Assembly: GCA_036918135.1 (NCBI GenBank)
Contig: JBALDB010000010.1
Span: forward strand, 1-57,932
Direction of reading: 5' to 3'
Length of the DNA: 57,932 nucleotides
Source: Nostoc sp.
GTDB taxonomy: Bacteria; Cyanobacteriota; Cyanobacteriia; Cyanobacteriales; Nostocaceae
The stretch's first letter is position 1; each line of letters starts with the position of its first letter. A program made the position numbers and the translations under genes. Positions 40,114 through 48,497 of this stretch are shown here, piece after piece. The notes beneath the pieces were generated by a model. The model was not told where the DNA came from, did not search any database, and saw nothing but the letters and a program-made list of their open reading frames with translations.

Positions 40114-41115
40114 TTAAATAAAGTTTGTAATTGGTTCACCTGGTTTTGCTTTTTTAAACTTTGTCCCAGTTTCACCAGTAACAAATTTTTGTTTGACTTT
40201 GAGGTAAGCTTCATCAGGTAATGCTACATAACCAACACTATCTACCCACTTCCAAGAATTTTCTAGATAAAAATCTACAAAATCTTTTACTGCTGGCTTA
40301 GTATCTAAAGATTTTTTACTGACATAGATAAACAGAGGACGAGACAAAGGTGTGTAGATATTTTTAATTACATTATCTACCGGAACCGGTTTTTCACATT
40401 TCCCTGTGGGACTTTCTACAGCAACTATATTGAGTTTATCTTGGTTTTGAATATAGTAAGATATCCCTACATAACCCAAGGCTGATACATCACCTGACAC
40501 TCCTTGTACGAGAAGGTTTTGATTTTGAGTTGCAGTGTAGTCTGTACGACCATTTTTGGCTTTGCCAGTCACAGCTTGAGTCATATAATCGAATGTTCCC
40601 GTATCAGAAGATGGAGCATACAGCTTCAGCTTTTCGTTAGGAAACTTGGAATTAACTTGATTCCATCTCAATATTTTGCCGTCTGATTTGCCGCCCCAAA
40701 TTTTACCCAGTTCCTTAATAGTTAGACATTTGGCAAAGTTATTTTGGCGATTAGCAATCACGGCGATGCCATCTAAAGCTATAGGCAACTCTACAAATTT
40801 AATATTCTTACTTTGGCATTTTTTGATTTCTTCATCTCTAATGGTGCGAGAAGCACCAGCTATATCAATATCGCCATTACAAAATTTACTGAAACCACCA
40901 CCAGTACCGCTTGAGGCAACGCTTACTTTAGCTTCCGGCTTGACTTTACTGTATTCTTCTGCAACTGCTAAAGAAATAGGAAAACCTACAGCTGCACCAT
41001 CAATACTCACCTGAGTTTTCTTTTCCTCATTCCTGCTACAAGCAGTAATACTGCTGGCAAAAATCATTAAAAATACCAGGAAAAAACTATCCTTAAATCT
41101 GCTACGAAAGCTCAT
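40114..41115 (-). CDS. pstS: PstS-family oxyanion-binding lipoprotein (divergent)
   Basis: Lipobox ITAC, GTGGGFSKFC, ASR, YTPLSRPLFIYV; first motif is IDGAAVG instead of IDGSSTV. Confidence 0.85.
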   Translation of the reverse strand: MSFRSRFKDSFFLVFLMIFASSITACSRNEEKKTQVSIDGAAVGFPISLAVAEEYSKVKPEAKVSVASSGTGGGFSKFCNGDIDIAGASRTIRDEEIKKCQSKNIKFVELPIALDGIAVIANRQNNFAKCLTIKELGKIWGGKSDGKILRWNQVNSKFPNEKLKLYAPSSDTGTFDYMTQAVTGKAKNGRTDYTATQNQNLLVQGVSGDVSALGYVGISYYIQNQDKLNIVAVESPTGKCEKPVPVDNVIKNIYTPLSRPLFIYVSKKSLDTKPAVKDFVDFYLENSWKWVDSVGYVALPDEAYLKVKQKFVTGETGTKFKKAKPGEPITNFI

Positions 41116-41199
41116 AAATTATCAATTGAATAAACTGAGTGAAGAATTCCTTATGCTTAGCTATCTGCAAGTAGAGAATGCTACATGAAAAAATAGATA

Positions 41200-42354
41200 T
41201 CATGCTTTGTTTACAGCTTGCATTTTGTCAAAAATTCCTCCCTGTCCAAAAAACTTTTTCTGGATAATATCCCAACCACCTAAATCTTGAGATGTGAATA
41301 AAGTTTTTATTGGCTGATATTGTGATGCTACTTCTTGGGCGACAGTGGGGTTAACAGGACGATATTGTAATTTTGCAAATTCTCGTTGAGCTTCTGTCGA
41401 GTAAAGGAAATCAACAAACGCTTGTGCAACTTCTCTTGTACCGTGCTTATCGACATTTTTATCAACTATGGCTACAGGATTATCAATGGAAATATTGACT
41501 TGGGGTATAACATAAGGCAACTTCGTACCAGTTCTTTGTGCCAAAATTACCTCATTTTCGTAGTTAATTAAGACATCTCCCTGACCTTTTTGGAAAAACA
41601 AATCGCTTGCTTCACGGGCATCTTTTGTCAGAATAGGGGTGTTTTTATAAACTTTGGTAACATAATTTAATGCTGTGGCTTCGTCACCTCCGGTTAGACT
41701 CACCGAACCCCAAAAAGTTAAGAATTCCCAGATAGCAATACCGGAAGTTTTTGGGTTAGCCGCAATCACTTTCACGCCATCTTTTGCCAAGTCGGCCCAA
41801 GTATTTATACCTTTTGGATTGCCTTCGCGCGTTACGATCGCAGCAACCGATTTACTGACAATACCATTTCTCGGAGATTTGATTTCCCAGCCTGACTTAA
41901 TTAAACCTGCTTGCTGAATTTTATTTACATCGAGTGGAAGTGCCAAATGTACAATATCTGCTTCTTGCGAACCAGCAATTACAGCAGCCGTTTGAGCGCC
42001 AGAACCTCCATAACTTTGCTCAAATGTGACGTTTTGGTTGTGTTCTTGCTTCCACTTTTGCACAAATTTGGGAATTATCCGATCGTGAGCTGCTTTGGTA
42101 ACAGAAAAGGAAACTAGCCTCAGCTTGACATCACTATTATTAGCCGAACTGCTTCCACAGGAAGCAACTGCCATACTCAAAAAAGCACCTATTAGCAACA
42201 AACTCACAAAGCTTGACAAACTACGTCCATTCAACCAACTTCTAATTCGGCGTTGGCACAAAAATTCTATCGCCTGCAAAGCTTTCTTGGCATAAATCTG
42301 CATTCCCTGGGTTAGGAATTGACTTACTTGTGTTTGTTGTTGCAACTTACTCAT
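41200..42354 (-). CDS. sbp: sulfate/thiosulfate-binding protein family (Sbp/CysP), divergent
   Basis: QSYGGSG.Q, NPKGINTWADL, ANPKTSG, GDVLINYENE, lipobox VASC. Confidence 0.88.
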   Translation of the reverse strand: MSKLQQQTQVSQFLTQGMQIYAKKALQAIEFLCQRRIRSWLNGRSLSSFVSLLLIGAFLSMAVASCGSSSANNSDVKLRLVSFSVTKAAHDRIIPKFVQKWKQEHNQNVTFEQSYGGSGAQTAAVIAGSQEADIVHLALPLDVNKIQQAGLIKSGWEIKSPRNGIVSKSVAAIVTREGNPKGINTWADLAKDGVKVIAANPKTSGIAIWEFLTFWGSVSLTGGDEATALNYVTKVYKNTPILTKDAREASDLFFQKGQGDVLINYENEVILAQRTGTKLPYVIPQVNISIDNPVAIVDKNVDKHGTREVAQAFVDFLYSTEAQREFAKLQYRPVNPTVAQEVASQYQPIKTLFTSQDLGGWDIIQKKFFGQGGIFDKMQAVNKA

Positions 42355-42373
42355 CAGAAATCACCCCTAAATC

Positions 42374-42414
42374 TACGGTATATCTAGTCAAATACCGTAA
42401 TTAAAAAGATTATA
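42374..42414 (-). promoter_or_regulatory. putative -10 box plus palindromic operator of the sbp-pst operon
   Basis: TATAAT (minus strand, 42409-42414) followed by TACGGTAT-N10-ATACCGTA (42374-42399). Confidence 0.6.
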
Positions 42415-42533
42415 GGGTATGTAGAACAATAATTTTCATTCGATCTGAATTTTTGTACTACAGCTATTTTTACAGCGTTTTGCAAGTACATGAGGTATAC
42501 TCCTTCCCAACCCTGCCCTTAGGAGTGCGGATA

Positions 42534-42666
42534 CCTGGATTTCTCACAAGAGTGTGGGGAGTGTGGGGGGAAAGAGGAGGTGTGGGAAGTGTGGGAAGTG
42601 TGGAGGGAAAGATTTCTTCCTCATCCTCCCACACTCGTTGAATTTCTCACTTGTGAGAAATCTAGG
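42534..42666. mobile_element. MITE-like element with STRR core (copy 2 of 4)
   Basis: 17-bp terminal IR CCTGGATTTCTCACAAG / CTTGTGAGAAATCTAGG (1 mismatch). Confidence 0.7.
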
Positions 42667-42823
42667 GGATAGGATATTTATGTACCTGACATTTAAATCT
42701 GCCGTAAGTAATAGAGTAGGTGCTACCGCGTATCGCATTGCTCAGAGGATTTTGCGTTCTGAGTTTGAGTAAGAAAAGGAAATTTGGCAGTGCGATCGCT
42801 CAAATAATTTATCTCCAATCAAG

Positions 42824-44095
42824 CTATTCACTACATTTAATTGATACAGTCAACTGCCAATAATTCGCAGCTTGTTTCATATTCATTGATAAAAGCTTGG
42901 GATTTCCCAAATCCAAAACATCTTTAGGAGTAACTGGAGTAATTCCCAGGCATTTGATAATTTCTGTAGCAATTGCTCTTGCTAATGGTGGCGGAACTGC
43001 ATTTCCTACCTGCCTTGCACCATGCCACTTAGTAATATGAAAACGAAACCAATCAGGAAACCCATGTAAGCGTGCCATTTCCCGTACTGTAATGCAGCGA
43101 GGCTGAATATAATGAATAGGTCTTGGAGAAGTATGTGCGCCATGAGCAGCATCAGTTCCGGCTCTTAAAGTGTTGGCTATGCCTTTTTCTGCTAGTTTAA
43201 AAAAGTGAGAAATAGGTTCTTTTTTTCCCTGTTCTGTGAGTTGAAATCTCGCCCGTGAAATCTGGGAATGATTAGTTCTCATACTCGAAGTCAAAAGAGA
43301 AGGATTCCAATTTCTGCGATAGCCAAAATGCCAACTGCTATCATCTAAACATCTCATCTCTCGTGCATAATTACTTGGACTGCTCCATTTTTCTGTTTCG
43401 GTGCAATCACTAGATAATAACTCTTCAAATTCTTCTGCTTCTGGTAAATCTCCAAGGGCATCCCAACAAGAAGGAGTAACAGGTAAGATAGGATTGGCTA
43501 ACGTCGGACAAACTAGTTTAGTAGATGGGGTAGGATACTCAGGCAAAACAAAACCTTTCTTTGTACCGATGAGAAATAATCTTTCTCGCCTTTGTGGTAC
43601 TCCATAATCAGCAGCATTCAGGATTTTCCAAGGTAAACAGATTTGATAGCCATTTTTACTAAAAACTTTGATTAATTCAGACAAAAAAGATTTATGTTTT
43701 CCAACTGTCAAACCTTTAACATTTTCAAAAACAAAATAAGCAGGTTCTAACTCTAAAACAATTCTGATAAAATCTTTGATTAAAAAATTTCTGGGATCGT
43801 CTAATGCTCTACGACCTATATAAGAGTAACCTTGACAGGGTGAACCAGAAATTATAGTTTCGATATTTTGATTGCCAATTCCAGTTCTTTCTCGAATCTC
43901 TTTCCCCGATAATTCCGTTATCGAACAAGGTAATACTACGCAATTAGGGAAATTAAACTTATGAACGACTGCATGAATTGGATCGATTTCAACAGCAGCT
44001 TTCACATCAAAACCAGCTTGTTCAAATCCTAAACTCAGCCCTCCTGCACCAGCAAATAAATCTATTACTATTGGTCTTTTTAGCTGCTGTTTCAT
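42824..44095 (-). CDS. C5 DNA cytosine methyltransferase, probably CGATCG (HIP1 core) specific, M.Ssp6803I/DmtC type
   Basis: DLFAGAGG, SPCQG, FENVKG, PQRRER, NTLRAGT..GAHTSPRPIH, GNAVPP; downstream of lpxB; ATG 44095. Confidence 0.9.
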   Translation of the reverse strand: MKQQLKRPIVIDLFAGAGGLSLGFEQAGFDVKAAVEIDPIHAVVHKFNFPNCVVLPCSITELSGKEIRERTGIGNQNIETIISGSPCQGYSYIGRRALDDPRNFLIKDFIRIVLELEPAYFVFENVKGLTVGKHKSFLSELIKVFSKNGYQICLPWKILNAADYGVPQRRERLFLIGTKKGFVLPEYPTPSTKLVCPTLANPILPVTPSCWDALGDLPEAEEFEELLSSDCTETEKWSSPSNYAREMRCLDDSSWHFGYRRNWNPSLLTSSMRTNHSQISRARFQLTEQGKKEPISHFFKLAEKGIANTLRAGTDAAHGAHTSPRPIHYIQPRCITVREMARLHGFPDWFRFHITKWHGARQVGNAVPPPLARAIATEIIKCLGITPVTPKDVLDLGNPKLLSMNMKQAANYWQLTVSIKCSE

Positions 44096-44099
44096 TTTT

Positions 44100-44280
44100 T
44101 TCTGGGCATGGGGAATGGGGTATTGGACATGGGGGGAGTGTGGGAGGAGTGGGAGAGTGTGGGAGGATGGGGAAGAAATCTTTCCCCCCTCTCTCCCCAC
44201 ACTCCCCACACTTCCCTATCTCCCCATTGCGCCTAATCCCCACTTCGTGGGGGCCCCGAGTTCCTCATCTCCCCATTCTC
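44100..44280. repeat. STRR element (copy 3 of 4, inverted) plus small palindrome overlapping lpxB 3' end
   Basis: GTGTGGGAGGATGGGGAAGAAATCTTTCCCCCCTCTCTCCCCACAC; CCCCACTTCGTGGGG. Confidence 0.75.
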
Positions 44281-45435
44281 CGGTAACATTTGCAAAATTT
44301 CTTGAGCAGCCCGATCGCACACGCCAACTTCTCCCAAATCTCGCCGTATTTTTTGATAATCTGCCAAAGTTTGCTGTCTGCAACTGGGGTTGAGCAACAA
44401 TTCCATCGCCGCTTGGATGATATTCTCTGATGTGGCTTGCTCTTGTAAAAATTCTGGCACAATTTGCTTCATCACTACTAAATTGGGTGGCGATGCAAAA
44501 GTTATGGAACCTTTGAGGATTTTACGACCTATCCAAGCAGTCAGGGGATTTAGGCGATAAACTACAACTTGCGGCACGTTTAACAAGGCAAGTTCTAAGT
44601 TGACGGTACCAGATTTGCTAATAGCTAAATCAGCAGCGGCAAAAACCTGCTTTTGTTGACCTGATACAACTGTAGCCTGCAAACCGTAACGCTCAATTGC
44701 CTCCTCAATTGGCTGTCTATAAATTTCTAGAGACAGGGGAATCCAAAAATGAACTTCGGGTAATTTAGCTTGAATCGTTTGGGCAGCTTGAAAAATTATC
44801 GGTAAAAGAGATTTTAATTCTTGGCGGCGAGAAGCGGGGAGTAGGGCGATCGCAATTTGTTCTGGCGCAATCCCCAGTATTGCACGCGCTGCTTGGCGAG
44901 TGGGAGCATCTTGCATCCGGTCAACTAAAGGATGCCCCACCCAACTAACTTCTGCCCCTTGCTTGCTATAGTAACGGGCTTCTTCGGGAAAAATTGCCAA
45001 TAGTTTGTCTGTAAAACTGACAATTTGATTAGTATTTCGCAAACTTACTGAAAAAGCCCACTCTTGAGGAGCAATGTAATATACCACGGGTATTTGTGGT
45101 AAATTTTGTTCCATAAAAGTGCCGATTCGCAGATTTGGGCCTATGTAGTCAATCAACACTACCAAATCAGGTGGATTTTGTTTTAGGGAAGCGATCGCTC
45201 GTCGTTGCAGTTGGAGAGTCGGCAAAATATAAGGCAGTCCTTCTAGAATACCCACTGAGCCAATACTACTAGTATTGCCCAACAAAGTTGCCCCAGCCTC
45301 CAGCATTTTTTCGCCGCCCAGCGCCAAAATCTCTAATTTCAACCCCATCGCCACAGCTTGACGCTTCAGCGCTGTAATTAGTAGCGACCCTTGCAAATCG
45401 CCAGATACTTCCCCAGTGCTGATAAATATCCGCAT
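44233..45435 (-). CDS. lpxB: lipid-A-disaccharide synthase
   Basis: STGEVSGD, YIAPQEWA, VGHPL, LLPASR..E, SGTVNLE. Confidence 0.96.
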   Translation of the reverse strand: MRIFISTGEVSGDLQGSLLITALKRQAVAMGLKLEILALGGEKMLEAGATLLGNTSSIGSVGILEGLPYILPTLQLQRRAIASLKQNPPDLVVLIDYIGPNLRIGTFMEQNLPQIPVVYYIAPQEWAFSVSLRNTNQIVSFTDKLLAIFPEEARYYSKQGAEVSWVGHPLVDRMQDAPTRQAARAILGIAPEQIAIALLPASRRQELKSLLPIIFQAAQTIQAKLPEVHFWIPLSLEIYRQPIEEAIERYGLQATVVSGQQKQVFAAADLAISKSGTVNLELALLNVPQVVVYRLNPLTAWIGRKILKGSITFASPPNLVVMKQIVPEFLQEQATSENIIQAAMELLLNPSCRQQTLADYQKIRRDLGEVGVCDRAAQEILQMLPENGEMRNSGPPRSGD

Positions 45436-45550
45436 TTGATAACTCAAGTGAGTAATTAAGAGTTAAGAGCCAGGAGTGAGTAGTTAAAAGTTAAGAGCCA
45501 GGAGTAAGTAGTTAAAAATTTTATTCATGACTACATAACTCAAAACTCCT

Positions 45551-45605
45551 GTAGAGACGCAATTAATCGCGTCTCTACCTCAGATGCGATTAATCGCATC
45601 TCTAC
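45551..45605. repeat. tandem REP-like palindromes
   Basis: GTAGAGACGCAATTAATCGCGTCTCTAC plus partial second copy; half copy near 22237. Confidence 0.7.
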
Positions 45606-45610
45606 CTCAC

Positions 45611-46429
45611 TCACGATTCATCACTTATACCTTTTTTTACCTTTCCAGGAATCAAGCCACGCCTTCCTGGCATCTGAGAAAGTAACAAAAAGCGCCTGAG
45701 ATGCTGTAACTCTTCAGTATCCCCTAACAATTCTAGTTGTTCCAAAGCATCCTTAAACGACAAGTCAGAGCGGTAAAGAATCCGGAAGGCTTTTTTGAGC
45801 ATTTGTAAATCTGCCGCGTCCATACCAGACCGCTTGAGTCCCACAAGGTTGAGGGTTCGCACCCGTGCTGGATTACCTTCCACCAACATATATGGGGCTA
45901 CATCCCGGTCAATACGTGCCATACCGCCCACCATTGCCTGTCTACCAATATGCACAAACTGATGGACACCTAAAACCCCACTCAGCCTAGCGCGTGACTC
46001 TATATGCACATGACCAGCCAAGGCCACAGAGTTGGCAATCACCACCTGGTCTTCAATCACGCAGTTATGAGCTACATGAGCATAAGCCATCAGTAGGTTA
46101 CCATCACCAATGACTGTCGCTTCACCAGCACCAGTAGCGCGGTTAATGGTCACGTACTCACGAATCAAGTTGTTGTCACCAATTTTGACCCAGGTTGGTT
46201 CTCCCACAAACTTGAGATCCTGGGGTTCCATGCCGATCGCTGCTCCTGTAAAAATCTGATTTCGCGCCCCAATTTCACAAGGCCCCTCTAGCACCACATG
46301 AGCGCCAATAATTGTTTCAGGGCCGACTTTGACATGCGCTCCAATCACAGCATAGGCACCGACTTGCACTGTATGGTGGAGTTCCGATTTGGGATGAACT
46401 ACAGCAGTTGGATGAATAAGCGTTTTCAA
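45611..46429 (-). CDS. lpxA: UDP-N-acetylglucosamine O-acyltransferase
   Basis: IHPTAVV, hexapeptide repeats, PQDLKF, HVAHNC, GVHQF; TTG start with GGAG RBS. Confidence 0.97.
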   Translation of the reverse strand: MKTLIHPTAVVHPKSELHHTVQVGAYAVIGAHVKVGPETIIGAHVVLEGPCEIGARNQIFTGAAIGMEPQDLKFVGEPTWVKIGDNNLIREYVTINRATGAGEATVIGDGNLLMAYAHVAHNCVIEDQVVIANSVALAGHVHIESRARLSGVLGVHQFVHIGRQAMVGGMARIDRDVAPYMLVEGNPARVRTLNLVGLKRSGMDAADLQMLKKAFRILYRSDLSFKDALEQLELLGDTEELQHLRRFLLLSQMPGRRGLIPGKVKKGISDES

Positions 46430-46732
46430 GGGTGAATCTCCAGAACTGTCTTAATAAACCAGCGCTCGTCGGAGGTTTTTCAGGCAGGGCTTTGCTCTAA
46501 TTAATAGAGTTGTAGCGACTGCCGTTCCATTGAGGCGACTGGCGTTGCTGAGCGTGAGTGTTTGAGTGAACGAATGTGTGTTAGAGCAAGTTGAGTGCGT
46601 TCGTCTCGTCAGAGAGGGCGGCGAAAATCAAGAAATTATAAGATGCTATTGTGGATTCTTTCTTTAACTGTTATCCTTGTCAGGATTCAGTAGGGCAGTT
46701 CACGGCTATGCCTACACCACGAAAGCAAACTT

Positions 46733-47263
46733 TTAGTTAATAAGAGAAAACATCAATTCACCTTCACAAGCGAGTTGACCGTCAACTTCGGCAATACCTT
46801 GCATCTTACCGAAACGACGTTGTTTTACCCATAACAGTTCCACCCTCATTACTAGTTGATCCCCCGGTATAACTTGCCGGCGAAAGCGGACTTTATCGAT
46901 ACCAGCGAAAACGAACAGTCCACCTTCAGCCTGAGACATTTGAGTTAAGACAATGCCTCCGACCTGTGCCATTGCTTCCACAATTAGCACTCCTGGCATC
47001 AGTGGTCGTCCGGGAAAATGACCTTGGAAACAGGGTTCGTTAACTGTGACATTTTTAATGCCAACAGCTTTTTTATCTGGGATATAGTCAATGATTTTAT
47101 CTATAAGTAAAAATGGGTAGCGGTGGGGTAGCAGTTGCTGAATTTCTTCAGATGTGAAAGTTGTTTTAATCTCAGATGTGATTTTAGTCTCATTTGTACC
47201 TTGTTGTTCGGTAGATGTAGGTGTGGTGCGATCGCTGCTATTCACTTGAGTAAGGATTGACAT
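46733..47263 (-). CDS. fabZ: 3-hydroxyacyl-ACP dehydratase
   Basis: [28 protein letters not shown]. Confidence 0.97.
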   Translation of the reverse strand: MSILTQVNSSDRTTPTSTEQQGTNETKITSEIKTTFTSEEIQQLLPHRYPFLLIDKIIDYIPDKKAVGIKNVTVNEPCFQGHFPGRPLMPGVLIVEAMAQVGGIVLTQMSQAEGGLFVFAGIDKVRFRRQVIPGDQLVMRVELLWVKQRRFGKMQGIAEVDGQLACEGELMFSLIN

Positions 47264-47424
47264 TAGCCGTGTAGTTGATTTTTAATCAGGTTATTTAGTA
47301 GGCGTACATTGAAACTCCGATCGATCTAGGATTTTCAGCTTTCAGATTTCATCCAAAATCTGTCTTTATAACTGACGCTTTTGCTAACGCTACACTACCA
47401 GCAAAAACTGCCGAGTCGTGACTT

Positions 47425-48276
47425 TTAGCAAAATCCCAAATTTAAAATTTCTTTTGCCAGTTGAATGTGTAAATTATGGCTGGCTTTATACGCTAAGAAA
47501 TGAGCAACAGGAAAATTTCCTAGTAAACTTAAATCTCCTACTAAATCCAAGATTTTATGACGGACTGGCTCATTTGCAAATCTTAATGGTGGATTTACCC
47601 ACCCCTCAGGCCCACAAACCAGTGCATTATCCAAACTACCACCTTTAATTAACCCTGTTTTCTGTAAGTGTTCAATTTGATGCAGTAACCCAAAAGTACG
47701 AGCTGGAGCAATTTTCGCAGCAAAGCTAGCAGAAGCATCTCCTAGTTCACCTGTTAGTGACCAACTATACCATTGGTTTCCAATGGCAGGCAGGTCAAAA
47801 TCAATACCGTAACTAAAGCGAGTTTCGGGTGCTGGGAGGGCACATACAAAGGCATCTTCTTGATGAACCCATATTGGTTGTTTAATAGCTAAGGGTTCTC
47901 GGTTGTCAATCGGTTGTGATACTAAGCCAACTTGGGCTATATTCGCTGTCCATACCTTTGCCGAACCATCCAAAAGTGGCACTTCTGGCCCGTCAATTTC
48001 AATCCGAGCGTTATCTACACCCATACCCGAAAGCGCTGCCAACAAATGTTCTACTGTGCGAACATATACCTCACCCTTACCCAATTGGGTTGAGAGAACA
48101 GTGTAATTAACTGCTGCAACTTGGGCTGGAATTATTGGCATATCTGGTAAATCTACCCTAACAAAGTAGCGTCCACTACTGACTTGGCTTGGTAGTATCC
48201 GCACTTGTGTAGTCACACCACTATGCAGTCCCACTCCAGTTTGGGTGATTTTACCTGCTAGAGTGTGCTGTTGCAT
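47425..48276 (-). CDS. lpxC: UDP-3-O-acyl-GlcNAc deacetylase
   Basis: [34 protein letters not shown]. Confidence 0.97.
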   Translation of the reverse strand: MQQHTLAGKITQTGVGLHSGVTTQVRILPSQVSSGRYFVRVDLPDMPIIPAQVAAVNYTVLSTQLGKGEVYVRTVEHLLAALSGMGVDNARIEIDGPEVPLLDGSAKVWTANIAQVGLVSQPIDNREPLAIKQPIWVHQEDAFVCALPAPETRFSYGIDFDLPAIGNQWYSWSLTGELGDASASFAAKIAPARTFGLLHQIEHLQKTGLIKGGSLDNALVCGPEGWVNPPLRFANEPVRHKILDLVGDLSLLGNFPVAHFLAYKASHNLHIQLAKEILNLGFC

Positions 48277-48497
48277 AGAGCAATCAATATATTTCGTTGA
48301 GTATTGTTCATAGTCTGTTTTGGTAAAACCCCTGAGATTCGCTGATAAATATTATTAATGCCTTTATCGGAACAGTATTGAGGTAAACGTCAAAATTAGC
48401 AAGCTAATTCCGAAAGAGAATTGTCATTCCTCAGTTGTCATTTGTCAGTTGTCCTTTGTTATTTACCAATAACTAATGACTAATAACCAATCACAAA

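Noticed and set aside
42824..44095. Restriction-modification or defence island
   Set aside because: No nuclease partner; position after lpxB is the usual housekeeping context
44096..44209. N-terminal extension of the methyltransferase; likewise extensions of pebA, cpeT, cpeR, YkgJ and psb30
   Set aside because: Upstream alternative starts run through repeats or spacers; downstream ATGs match family N-termini
46440..46625. 6S RNA or other known ncRNA
   Set aside because: No recognisable consensus or usual purK context; kept only as a weak lead
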